The position numbers and the translations under genes are program-made. Source: Candidatus Bathyarchaeota archaeon (GTDB taxonomy: Archaea > Thermoproteota > Bathyarchaeia > Bathyarchaeales > DTEX01). From it: 52,584 nt of DNA. This document shows positions 43,412 through 51,971 of this stretch, piece by piece. The DNA lies in the NCBI GenBank assembly GCA_003661975.1, contig QMXE01000001.1:1-52584 (forward strand), read 5' to 3'. Positions within the stretch are counted from its first letter, which is position 1, and every line of letters starts with the position of its first letter. The notes beneath the pieces are model-generated. The model saw only the letters and a program-made list of their open reading frames with translations, was not told where the DNA came from and made no database searches.

Positions 43412-43984
43412 TTGGGAGAAAAAATTATGAATAGGGGGTCCATAAAGAGGGAGGTAAGGCGTAGATTGCCAAGAATACTTACGAATGTGGCAGTGGCATT
43501 TCTCTTTTGGGTGATAGGTCAGATAGGTCCACTCTTCGTTAAGGACTTGCCTCTCCCCGGAATAAATTTGCCTCCGCCATTCAATTCTATCTCCTCAATC
43601 GTCGGCATTACGGCAACATTAATCGCCACGATCTTCATTGTAAAAGCGATCTTAGATGGGCTATTCTTCGTTGATCTCTCAGCTGAGATAATCACGAGAT
43701 TCCTCGGAATCCGAGAGAAGAAGCCTCTTAAAAGGATAGGCAGAGACACAGTATATATTTTGTTGGCTCTTCTCATAACCGCAGCATCATCTCCAATCCT
43801 ATCCTCAATCCCAAATATTGGAGGATACTTAACAACCATTCTCAGCATAGTCGCTCTCGGGATCTTTCTAATCTTGATCTATGATATTGGGAAGGTCATA
43901 CGGGACGTTCTCCGCCGTAAAGCAAGAAGAATGGCCGATTGGATTAGCAACTACGTAGAGGAGAGGGAGAATAGGAGGAGGTGA
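43412..43984 (+). CDS. Hypothetical membrane protein
   Basis: 190-aa ORF with four hydrophobic segments. The likely start is ATG 43427 (MNRGS). Its stop overlaps the start of the next gene (GTGA). Confidence 0.5.
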   Translation: MGEKIMNRGSIKREVRRRLPRILTNVAVAFLFWVIGQIGPLFVKDLPLPGINLPPPFNSISSIVGITATLIATIFIVKAILDGLFFVDLSAEIITRFLGIREKKPLKRIGRDTVYILLALLITAASSPILSSIPNIGGYLTTILSIVALGIFLILIYDIGKVIRDVLRRKARRMADWISNYVEERENRRR

Positions 43985-45258
43985 AAATTGAGGGAATGGA
44001 TACGGTCTCAGCGAGTTTCATCATGATATACTTGCTTACCTTACTTCTCATAGCAACCGATATGGTTCCAATGTCCGTCGCGGCTCTGATTGGAGCTTTA
44101 TTCGCATTATGGATTGGAACTGGATATGGAATCTTCAGCTACGAAGAGGCCTTAGGCTTCGTCGATATTAGGCTTATAGGCCTCCTCATAGGAACTATGG
44201 TCGTAATGGAAGTCGCCTATAGAAGCGGCCTCTTCCGTCTAATAGCACTATATGTGATTAGATTCGCTGGAGGAGACTCATTCAAGCTCTTTATAATATT
44301 ATGTATAGCATCCGCTGCCGTTTCGATGTTTCTCAGCGATTCAACCGCGCTTCTCCTGATAGCTGCTGCCGCCACTACAATAAGCAGGATGATGGACTAT
44401 GATCCAATACCATACATAGTCTCCGCGTCCATAATGATAAATCTAGGAGGGACAAGCACGCTTATAGGCTCTGTTGGAAACATGATTATAGGCTTGTCAG
44501 CAGGCTTAAGCTTTGCGGATTTCATATCATACCTCACGCCGTGCGAGTTAACCCTATGGATATTAACGACCCTAACTCTCTGCTGGTTTTACAGACGGAG
44601 ACTCGGAGAGAAGAAGCCTGTTCCAGAGTTTAATCCATGGGAAGGAATAGAGGATAAAAGGCTTCTATTCTGGTCAGCACTTCTCCTATTCGTCTTTCTC
44701 GGACTCTTCATGCTTCATGATAAACTTAAAATCCCCCCTGAATCTGTTGCTCTTGGATGCGCGATCATAGCATTAGCTATAAGCAGAATCGACTCAGCTG
44801 AGATCTTTAGAAGCATAGATTGGGACACCATCTTCTTTCTCATAGGATTCTTCTTCATTGTGGGGGGATTGGAGAGAACGGGAATCCTCAAAGACGTAGC
44901 TCATATGCTCATAAATATCACTGGTGGAGGAATCCTACTCTCCACGGCTATGCTGTGGGCAAGCGGGCTCATAAGCACGATAGTGAGCAACATAGCGGTT
45001 GCGTTAACATTAACTCCAATAATTAGGGACTTACAATTGAGTAATCCGCTTCCAGTATGGTCCGCGTTAATATTCGGCTCGAATCTTGGAGGAGCCGCGA
45101 CTCCGATAAGCGGGGTTGTCACGGTCATGGCTATTGGCGCTCTGAAAAAAGAAGGCTTCAAAGTCAGCCTCGCAGAATTCACAAAAGCTGGATTGCTAAC
45201 GACTTTCACGCAGCTACTCTTGGCGAATATCTATATTCTTGTGAGATTCGGCCTTTAA
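43981..45258 (+). CDS. ArsB/NhaD-superfamily (SLC13/CitMHS-like) anion permease
   Basis: 425 aa with more than 10 TM segments. Blocks such as AAVSMFLSDSTALLLI and NLGGTSTLIGSVGNMI are typical of this permease superfamily. Confidence 0.6.
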   Translation: MKIEGMDTVSASFIMIYLLTLLLIATDMVPMSVAALIGALFALWIGTGYGIFSYEEALGFVDIRLIGLLIGTMVVMEVAYRSGLFRLIALYVIRFAGGDSFKLFIILCIASAAVSMFLSDSTALLLIAAAATTISRMMDYDPIPYIVSASIMINLGGTSTLIGSVGNMIIGLSAGLSFADFISYLTPCELTLWILTTLTLCWFYRRRLGEKKPVPEFNPWEGIEDKRLLFWSALLLFVFLGLFMLHDKLKIPPESVALGCAIIALAISRIDSAEIFRSIDWDTIFFLIGFFFIVGGLERTGILKDVAHMLINITGGGILLSTAMLWASGLISTIVSNIAVALTLTPIIRDLQLSNPLPVWSALIFGSNLGGAATPISGVVTVMAIGALKKEGFKVSLAEFTKAGLLTTFTQLLLANIYILVRFGL

Positions 45259-45444
45259 CTCTCATGATCCCTTTCATTCTGTATGCAGATCTGCGCTAAG
45301 CTTAAATAGCACATCCTACTTCCTGGAATTAGATGACATCTGCAATGATGAAAATCGGATTTGCCGAGCATACTGTGCCCTCACATCCTGATTTTTATGG
45401 AGTCATTGAGGATTGACAGATGATTTGCGATAGAGGAGGTTTAT

Positions 45445-45732
45445 ATGTCTAAAATTAGGGAGTGGCTCTCCTTCAAGGAGAGGATGATGGAGAAGTATGA
45501 GGAGGCAAAGAAGGAGTTCAGCAGGGTTATTGGAAGGCCTGTAATAACGATTCCGCTTGAACTTCCAGATAGCCTAAGCTTCCTAAGAGATGAGTTTTAT
45601 GCTCTCGAGAACGATGAAGACTTCATAAAGAGGATGCAGAGATCATGCGTGAGATATCTAAAGCGAAGATTTGCATCCAAGATCTCTAAGCATAAGAGTG
45701 AGAAACAGGCCAAGACGCAGCCTAAACATTAA
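45445..45732 (+). CDS. Hypothetical small basic protein
   Basis: 95-aa ORF preceded by a strong GAGGAGG ribosome-binding-like sequence 5 nt upstream of the ATG. No family recognised. Confidence 0.5.
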   Translation: MSKIREWLSFKERMMEKYEEAKKEFSRVIGRPVITIPLELPDSLSFLRDEFYALENDEDFIKRMQRSCVRYLKRRFASKISKHKSEKQAKTQPKH

Positions 45733-45835
45733 ATTGATAGACATGACTAAACGCAATTATGCGCTTAATAAGGAATTTTAGATTACGAAACGGTAGGAGG
45801 GATAATCTATCGGAAACAAGATTGATGAAGAGTAC

Positions 45836-47194
45836 TTGAGTAAGCATCCGGGGTCTAAGATCCTCTATAAGAGAGCATTAAGACTATTTGCAAGAGGAGT
45901 AACACATGACGCAAGATACTTCAAGCCGATGCCAATATACTGCATTAAAGCCAAGGGCTCTAAGAAGTGGGATGTTGATGGAAACGAATATATCGATTAC
46001 TGGATGGGACATGGAGCTTTAATCCTTGGGCATGCCCATCCAATAGTAACTGAGGCCGCCATTGAACAGGCGAGAAAAGGAACACATCTCGGAGCATCGC
46101 ATGAGCTTGAGATAGAGTGGGCTGAGAAGGTTAGGAGGCTTCTCCCATGCGCCCGCAATGGATATGTGGAGTTTACGAGTTCAGGAACAGAGGCAACTCT
46201 GATGGCTCTTCGACTATCAAGGGCATACACCGGAAAGCAGAAAATAATTAAGTTTTTGTCACACTTCCACGGATGGCAAGACTATACGATCATAGATTAC
46301 AATCAGGATTTTTCTCATATACTTGAGGGCGCATATCCGCCGGGAATTCCAGATGGGACATTGCAGAGCGTAATAGCGCTCCCTCCAAATGACATTGAAT
46401 CAGTTGAAGAGACAATAGCAAATGAGGATGTTGCCTGCGTTATATTAGAGCCTGGAGGAGCCTCAATGGGATATCTACCAACATACAAGCCATTCCTGGA
46501 AAAGCTGAGGAAGATTACGAGGGAGAATGATGTCATACTCATATTCGATGAGGTTGTAACTGGATTCAGGGATGCCCCGGGAGGAGCTCAGGAACGATAC
46601 GGTGTAATTCCGGATCTTTCAACCCTCGGTAAGATCTTAGGCGGCGGATACCCGGGAGGAGCAATTGCTGGAAGAAGAGATATTATGGGACTGCTTGATT
46701 TTAGAGATGAGGAGGGATGGGAACTAAGGCGCATACGACACCCCGGAACATTTAATGCAAATCCGCTTTCAGCCGCCGCTGGAAATGCATGTTTAGGCTT
46801 GATATTAAAGGGGGAAGCCCATCCGCAGATAAATCATGCAGGAGAAAGGTTTAGGAGGGCGTTGAATGACGTATTTGAGGACATTCGAATTGATGGATTA
46901 GCCTGGGGAACAACGGATTCGATAGTCTATGTCGGATTTGGATTTTCAGAGGAGGATCTGAAGGTTGAGGATATTGAGGGATACGTTGAGTTTCAGAGGA
47001 AGAAGGCGATGAATAAGGAGCCCATTGAGTATCTGGATAAGGCGATGATAAATCGTGGCGTACATCCGATGGGTGCAAGATTCATATTATCAATAATGCA
47101 TAGTGATGAAGATTTACAGCGCACAGTAGAGTGCTTCGAGGATTCATTAAAGGAGCTTAAGCACGAAGGGATCATCAGCGAATTCGCTGTATAA
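45836..47194 (+). CDS. Class III (HemL-like) PLP aminotransferase / glutamate-1-semialdehyde 2,1-aminomutase family
   Basis: YIDYWMGHGALILGHAHP, SGTEATLMALRLSRAYTGK.KIIKF..HFHGW, FDEVVTGFR and the PLP-Lys block TLGKILGGGYPGGA. TTG start. Confidence 0.75.
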   Translation: MSKHPGSKILYKRALRLFARGVTHDARYFKPMPIYCIKAKGSKKWDVDGNEYIDYWMGHGALILGHAHPIVTEAAIEQARKGTHLGASHELEIEWAEKVRRLLPCARNGYVEFTSSGTEATLMALRLSRAYTGKQKIIKFLSHFHGWQDYTIIDYNQDFSHILEGAYPPGIPDGTLQSVIALPPNDIESVEETIANEDVACVILEPGGASMGYLPTYKPFLEKLRKITRENDVILIFDEVVTGFRDAPGGAQERYGVIPDLSTLGKILGGGYPGGAIAGRRDIMGLLDFRDEEGWELRRIRHPGTFNANPLSAAAGNACLGLILKGEAHPQINHAGERFRRALNDVFEDIRIDGLAWGTTDSIVYVGFGFSEEDLKVEDIEGYVEFQRKKAMNKEPIEYLDKAMINRGVHPMGARFILSIMHSDEDLQRTVECFEDSLKELKHEGIISEFAV

Positions 47195-47403
47195 GAGATA
47201 TTGATGGATACTTAATATTTTTTCTTCAGAAACCATTAATATTTCCCCGGATTATCCATACTCGAGGTTTAGACCTGAAGTTCGGATTCGAGTTCGCTCA
47301 ATAACTTAGTAGCGTAGAAATTATTGGATTCTGTCTGTGTAATCGATATACGCACAAACCGAAATATTACATTCTTCTATGCAAAATTCTCCAGTGAGAA
47401 ATC

Positions 47404-47967
47404 ATGAGGCGACTCTTAAACGAGAGAAGGGCGCTCAGCACAGTGGTCACAACGCTGATAATCCTTGTCGTTTCGGTTCTGTTGGCAGGGGTAGTCGCAC
47501 TCTATGCCGTGAACATAACGTCTACCAGAACACAGCAAGAGAGCCTCCAGATAACTAAACAGAGAATATGGGTCTTCGCTAATGGAACATCATACGCGGC
47601 TTTTGCAATAGATAATGTCGGCGGAAGAGACGTGATAATAGATAAGATTCAAGTGAGGGGAGTTGAGACTTCATGGTCGAGTGTCTACTATCTGAGGAGA
47701 TCCTCCTCATTCTCGACGTCACTAAATCCGCCTGCAACCTCAGGGCATGATTGGTCATCGTTCCAATATACTGACACTCAGACTGGCAGTTTCTCACAGG
47801 CTAGTGCAGATCTACCATTAGCATCTGGAGATACAATGGTGATATATATTAAGAACCCCGGGAGCATAAGTCTAAATGACATTGGAACAACGATTGGAAT
47901 AACAGTCTTCACCGAGAATGCACAATATTACGTTGAATGTAACGTTGAGACCTCAGTAACGGCGTAA
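47404..47967 (+). CDS. Archaeal type IV pilin-like protein (class III signal peptide)
   Basis: The N-terminus MRRLLNERRALSTVVTTLIILVVSVLLAGVVALYAV has a basic stretch, a small residue (RRA|LS) and then about 20 hydrophobic residues. This is the archaeal prepilin/archaellin-type signal. The remainder is Ser/Thr-rich. Confidence 0.7.
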   Translation: MRRLLNERRALSTVVTTLIILVVSVLLAGVVALYAVNITSTRTQQESLQITKQRIWVFANGTSYAAFAIDNVGGRDVIIDKIQVRGVETSWSSVYYLRRSSSFSTSLNPPATSGHDWSSFQYTDTQTGSFSQASADLPLASGDTMVIYIKNPGSISLNDIGTTIGITVFTENAQYYVECNVETSVTA

Positions 47968-48001
47968 GCACTGATCACTCCTGAAATCTCCATTAACCCT
48001 C

Positions 48002-48012
48002 TTTTATTTTTT
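48002..48012 (+). terminator. Oligo-T tract (candidate archaeal terminator) downstream of the pilin gene
   Basis: TTTTATTTTTT lies about 35 nt after the stop codon at 47965-47967. Archaeal RNAP terminates at oligo-T runs. Confidence 0.4.
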
Positions 48013-48170
48013 CAGTTCGCCGAGACCATCCATCTCCTGAATGATACACGCTTTTCTAGGTTCAATGCGATGTGCACAATCAATTCTTTATAAAGTTTTT
48101 AAATGGACGAATCGATTGTAGAGATGGCATTTATAAAGGTTCCCTTTACAAAGATATTTTTGTGGTTGTT

Positions 48171-48782
48171 ATGAAGGGGCTCCTTGAGGATCTGGTTTCG
48201 AGCGGCATGCCAGGTCCGAGGCCTTCATTCTCCATATTCGATATTGTTAAGACATTGATGATATTGGCTGAGTTTGGCTCTATAGGTAGGGGTAAACTCT
48301 CTGAGAAGCTGAGTTTAGGCGGAGGAGCCGTGAGGACATTGCTGTCAAGGCTGTCTGAGGCTGGATTAATATCGACCTCTAGGAGTGGATGTTCACTTAC
48401 GGAGGAGGGTAAACGGCTCTACATGGAGATTAAGAAGGTTATTCCTAAGATCTGTAGGATCGGCCCGAGTGAGTTAACCTTCGCCGAATATAATGTCTTA
48501 GTGCATATTCGAGGAGGAGCCGGGAGGATTAGGAAGGGTATCGAGCAGAGAGATGCTGCAGTAAGGGCTGGAGCGAAGGGAGCCGTCACGCTGATCTACA
48601 GGAACAATAAATTAATTATGCCCGCGATCACGGAGGACGTTTCCAAATCCTATCCGTTGGCATATCAGCAGATAAGAGACATAATAGATTTTGGTGAAGA
48701 AGACGTGGCGATAATTGTCTGCGCTGACGATCCTAGAAGCGCCGAGTATGGAGCATTAGCCGCAGCTTGGACCATAATATAG
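48171..48782 (+). CDS. Winged-helix domain protein (DUF4443-like archaeal family)
   Basis: The ORF track starts at GTG 48072; ATG 48171 (MKGLLEDL) is preferred. The wHTH-like N-terminus is ILAEFGSIGRGKLSEKLSLGGGAVRTLLSRLSEAGLISTSRSGCSLTEEG, followed by a C-terminal alpha/beta domain. Confidence 0.45.
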   Translation: MKGLLEDLVSSGMPGPRPSFSIFDIVKTLMILAEFGSIGRGKLSEKLSLGGGAVRTLLSRLSEAGLISTSRSGCSLTEEGKRLYMEIKKVIPKICRIGPSELTFAEYNVLVHIRGGAGRIRKGIEQRDAAVRAGAKGAVTLIYRNNKLIMPAITEDVSKSYPLAYQQIRDIIDFGEEDVAIIVCADDPRSAEYGALAAAWTII

Positions 48783-48788
48783 ACGAGC

Positions 48789-49553
48789 CTAATATGTTAT
48801 CTTCTCTCCTCCCTTGAAGATCCTCTCAAGCATGCCGCTGAGCTCAATCAATCCCTCATTAGTCTTCGACGAAACAGGTATTAATGGGAAACTCAAACCC
48901 AAAACCTGCAGACTCTGATTTACGTTATGGCTGAGAAGTCGTTTGGTATCATCCAATCTCTCATCTATAGCCGCCTCCAAAGCCTCAGGGCTCTCAGACC
49001 ACTCAAGCATAGCCTCCAACTCAGACTTTGAAACCAAATCGCATTTCGAAAGAACATGGATCTGTGGGAGGAGAAAGCGTATGTAAACGGCTGCCGAAAG
49101 AAACATATTTGAGACGTAATTCAGCGGATTAGAAGAAAAGACTGAATCGAACAGGTATATTATGGCCTTAGGCTCGTCGCTTAATGCATGAACTATAAAT
49201 GGCCCGCTTACCCTAAAGGCGAAGAGTTCCATCTGACCCGGAGTATCCACGATTAGAATATCGGGATCGAGCTCTTCAATCTCGCTCTTAATCTGCTCGA
49301 TCCTGCTCGCTATAAGATCAGCCGCCATTATCAAAGCTCCATTAGGCCCTAAATCATATTCCTCCATGAGATTATCAATCGTTATATGCTCACGAACATC
49401 TATGTCTGGTGAATATGGAAGACTTATTGCTCCTGGATCCAGGTTTAGCGTCGCAACATTTTGCTTTTCCTGCCTCATCTTTTCAACGAGGGCTGAGGTT
49501 AAAAGGGACTTTCCGGAACCTGCAGTTCCGATGATAAATGCCATATAGACCAT
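48789..49553 (-). CDS. GPN-loop GTPase
   Basis: P-loop GTAGSGKS, NLDPG and the eponymous GPNGA loop, plus VDTPGQMELF and LSKCDL (NKxD-like). Confidence 0.85.
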   Translation of the reverse strand: MVYMAFIIGTAGSGKSLLTSALVEKMRQEKQNVATLNLDPGAISLPYSPDIDVREHITIDNLMEEYDLGPNGALIMAADLIASRIEQIKSEIEELDPDILIVDTPGQMELFAFRVSGPFIVHALSDEPKAIIYLFDSVFSSNPLNYVSNMFLSAAVYIRFLLPQIHVLSKCDLVSKSELEAMLEWSESPEALEAAIDERLDDTKRLLSHNVNQSLQVLGLSFPLIPVSSKTNEGLIELSGMLERIFKGGEKITY

Positions 49554-49588
49554 AAGTATACCATCTCTCGAGGAGAGAGTAAATTCTA

Positions 49589-50413
49589 TCAGTCCTTAAC
49601 GGGAGTGATCGCACCGCCCTTCTTTTTGATCATCTCAGAGAGCTGAAGAATCGCCCTTTCAATTCTCTTCTTTGCAACTTTAGAATCGTCAGATGTCGTT
49701 GAAAAGTGCAGTTCAAGATGAGATGTCCCTTCAGATCTCTTCGGATGAGATTTTATGTAGACGTATGGGTTATCATGCATGACCACGTCGAGCATGGGGG
49801 CCAATTCAGATTCAGGCAGATTCCTAACATCCAGGCTCGCCTCATAAAATGTCAGGTTTCCAGATGCCTCACGAATCATTGGAGCGACGGATTCGTCAAA
49901 TATGCTCTTCATCTCCTCCGGAACCCCTGGAAGCATGATCATCTTTATATTCTCATGCTCGAGAAGAACCCCAGGAGCCGTTCCAACAGGATTCGGCAGC
50001 GGCTTTGCTCCTTCGGGCAACCTTCCCATCTTAACCCTATGAGGTGTCATCTCACAACTGTTAATTCTGCCCTCAGCATAATATCTCTCGTACTTCTCCC
50101 TTATCATCCGCATGGCTTCCTCATTCTCCTCAAGCCTCAAATTAAGCCCCAACGCGACTCCCTCAAGGGTCTTATCATCAAATGTCGGGCCTAATCCTCC
50201 AGTCGTTATAATGAAGCGTGGCTTACGGCTGATAGCCTCCCTCACAGCTGAGGCTATCTCATCTAAATCGTCACCCACAACGGTTATCCTTCGAACCTTC
50301 ATTCCCAAAACTGTTATCCTCTTCGCAAGCCAATGGGCATTCGTATTAACAGTCTTTCCGATAAGAAGCTCATTCCCGACACATATTATCTCAACATTAT
50401 TCCCCTCAGACAT
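49589..50413 (-). CDS. CinA-like / MoaB-Mog-fold molybdopterin-binding-domain protein
   Basis: IICVGNELLIGKTVNTNAHWLAKR.. and ITTGGLGPTFDDKT are the hallmark blocks of the CinA N-terminal (MoCF_BD) domain. Confidence 0.8.
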   Translation of the reverse strand: MSEGNNVEIICVGNELLIGKTVNTNAHWLAKRITVLGMKVRRITVVGDDLDEIASAVREAISRKPRFIITTGGLGPTFDDKTLEGVALGLNLRLEENEEAMRMIREKYERYYAEGRINSCEMTPHRVKMGRLPEGAKPLPNPVGTAPGVLLEHENIKMIMLPGVPEEMKSIFDESVAPMIREASGNLTFYEASLDVRNLPESELAPMLDVVMHDNPYVYIKSHPKRSEGTSHLELHFSTTSDDSKVAKKRIERAILQLSEMIKKKGGAITPVKD

Positions 50414-50601
50414 AGGATCACCCTGAACCTTCTCCTCATCGCGATCCTAATTCACCGTCAAATATGAGGCGGCCCTTAAACTTAAAATTATTGCTAAAAG
50501 CTCGAGGCTGATCCCAGTAGTGGTTTATTGAACCTAAATCCTCAACATTGAGGATTCTGCGGAATAGCCGAGAATTCATTAGGAGAAATTATGAGTGTAT
50601 T

Positions 50602-50829
50602 TCACTTCTTCTTTGAAAGCCACCACTTAAGATATTCCTTTTGATATCTCTTTTTCTCATCCTCCTCAGAGTTGATTCTGTTCCTTAAACGCTCACGCAT
50701 CTCCAGAAGCTCCTGATGAGTAAGCATTAAACCGCAACTCTCACAGACGTAACGCCTAACAGAACTTATATAACGCATCTCTCCTCCACATTCTGGACAA
50801 TAGGGCATACCGCAACAACCCCAAATCAA
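50602..50829 (-). CDS. Small zinc-ribbon protein
   Basis: CPECGGEM...CESCG (Cys4 ribbon) followed by a charged helix. The likely start is the internal ATG at 50808 (MPYCPECG). Confidence 0.5.
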   Translation of the reverse strand: MIWGCCGMPYCPECGGEMRYISSVRRYVCESCGLMLTHQELLEMRERLRNRINSEEDEKKRYQKEYLKWWLSKKK

Positions 50830-50922
50830 ATACTCAAATAACCAAAAAATATCTTTTGGTTAGACATCAAAATGTTTTTAGGAAAGAAGATTCATTAAAG
50901 ATCCTGCCGGGAGAAGACCGTT

Positions 50923-51029
50923 GCCAGGCCGATAAGGCCCAACAAGGGGTGGCAGAGTGGAAATGCGCTGGACTCGAGATCCAGTGGCCCTTGCGGGCCT
51001 CATGGGTTCGAATCCCATCCCCGGCGCCA
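50923..51029 (+). tRNA. tRNA-Ser (anticodon CGA) with a 20-nt intron between nucleotides 3 and 4; CCA encoded
   Basis: Exon 1 is GCC (50923-50925). Exon 2 (50946-) reads GGGG-TG-GCA-GAGTGGAAA-TGC-G-CTGGA-CTCGAGA-TCCAG, then a 17-nt variable arm (GGCCC/GGGCC stem), ATGGG-TTCGAAT-CCCAT, CCCCGGC, G and CCA. The 7-bp acceptor stem GCCGGGG/CCCCGGC forms only after intron removal. Confidence 0.8.
50926..50945 (+). other. Non-canonical tRNA intron (position 3/4) within a bulge-helix-bulge-like fold
   Basis: The central 4-bp helix pairs 50920-50923 (GTTG) with 50940-50943 (CAAC). It is flanked by 3-nt bulges at 50924-50926 (CCA) and 50944-50946 (AAG). An inner 4-bp helix pairs 50927-50930 with 50936-50939 (GGCC/GGCC) around the loop GATAA. 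Both exon junctions fall after the second bulged nucleotide. Confidence 0.7.
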
Positions 51030-51197
51030 AATAAAATGGCATTTTCAGGCTTATTTTAGAAGGGAACTCAATTCATGCGGTTTCAATAAGGTTTAAAAGT
51101 CTTTTTGATGCACTATTATGTTCCGAGGTGATGAGGTTCACCTTTAACCGGACCGATAGCTGCTTTTTTCTACGAACTTAAACGAGAATATTAATAG

Positions 51198-51746
51198 TTA
51201 AGTGATAATAGATGTTTTCTCCGAGTTCAGTAGCAATCCCATTTTGATCATGTTATGATACTTACCGTTACTTCCAAAGAATGAGTCTTTACTTACTCCT
51301 TCGATTTCGAAGCCGAATTTTTTGTAGAGATGAATCGCGACTTTATTATCTTCCACGACATATAGTTCTATTTTGTGCATGCCCTCTTTTTGGGCGAGCT
51401 GGAGGAGCCTCTTCATCATCGCCGTTCCCAATCCAACATTATGGAAGTCTTGGTGCACATAAATGGCTAAGTCACCGACTCCCCTTCGTCGCGGATGCGG
51501 AAACTTGTAAATCATTGCATAGCCGACAATCTTACTATTCCACTCCGCAACAAGCGCAATCAAATTCTTAATGTTGCTGATCCATCTCTCAATAACTTCC
51601 ATCGTGTATGGAGCCATGCTCCACTTAAGAGCCTCATTAGACATCGATGAAAACATCTGGAAAAGCCCATCTTTATCCTCTACCGTTAAGGGTCTGACGA
51701 TTACCTCGCGGCCATCCTTCAACGTAAACTTCCACATCTTCATCAT
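51198..51746 (-). CDS. GNAT-family N-acetyltransferase
   Basis: Motif A region RRRGVGDLAIYVHQDFHNVGLGTAMMKRLLQLAQKEG (R/Q-x-x-G-x-G/A) and a C-terminal A..LY.KFGFE block. Confidence 0.85.
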   Translation of the reverse strand: MMKMWKFTLKDGREVIVRPLTVEDKDGLFQMFSSMSNEALKWSMAPYTMEVIERWISNIKNLIALVAEWNSKIVGYAMIYKFPHPRRRGVGDLAIYVHQDFHNVGLGTAMMKRLLQLAQKEGMHKIELYVVEDNKVAIHLYKKFGFEIEGVSKDSFFGSNGKYHNMIKMGLLLNSEKTSIIT

Positions 51747-51971
51747 TCCATTTTAAGGCTATCATTGCAATTATTAATAGTAGCCTCTAAATTATTCAGT
51801 TCAATGATGCAGGATGGTGGCAAAATAGATGATACGCTAACCTTTATGGGCGACCATCTATTCGCAGAGCATCTTCTAAAAAGCCGCACAACATTGTTTG
51901 ATCGCAACTTCTAAACAGATTCTTTCGAAAATGAAAGTTAAAGCTAAAATAAGATTAATACATAAGCTATA

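Noticed and set aside
50906-50945. Alternative 5' end for the tRNA-Ser at GCCGGG (50906-50911), which would imply a 35-40 nt intron in the acceptor stem
   Set aside because: With this choice the exon junctions do not fall in paired 3-nt bulges, and no 4-bp central helix separates them. The GCC at 50923-50925 gives symmetric junctions in a bulge-helix-bulge fold and a 20-nt intron. The upstream GCCGGG is treated as leader sequence, and only RNA data can fully exclude it.
50856-51059. 67-aa + strand ORF
   Set aside because: It lies directly over the tRNA-Ser gene and its leader, so its translation is an artefact of the GC-rich tRNA sequence.
51128-51170. C-box-like GTGATGA downstream of the tRNA as a C/D sRNA
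   Set aside because: No CTGA D or D' box occurs at the 12-nt guide spacing. The nearest candidate reads CTGC and is followed by a T6 run that could equally be a terminator for the tRNA transcript.
51824-51862. 8-bp inverted repeat AATAGATG...CATCTATT (23-nt loop) in the divergent spacer between the two GNAT genes
   Set aside because: It is a single short imperfectly extended stem with a large loop. Nothing distinguishes it from chance in a 225-nt AT-rich promoter region.
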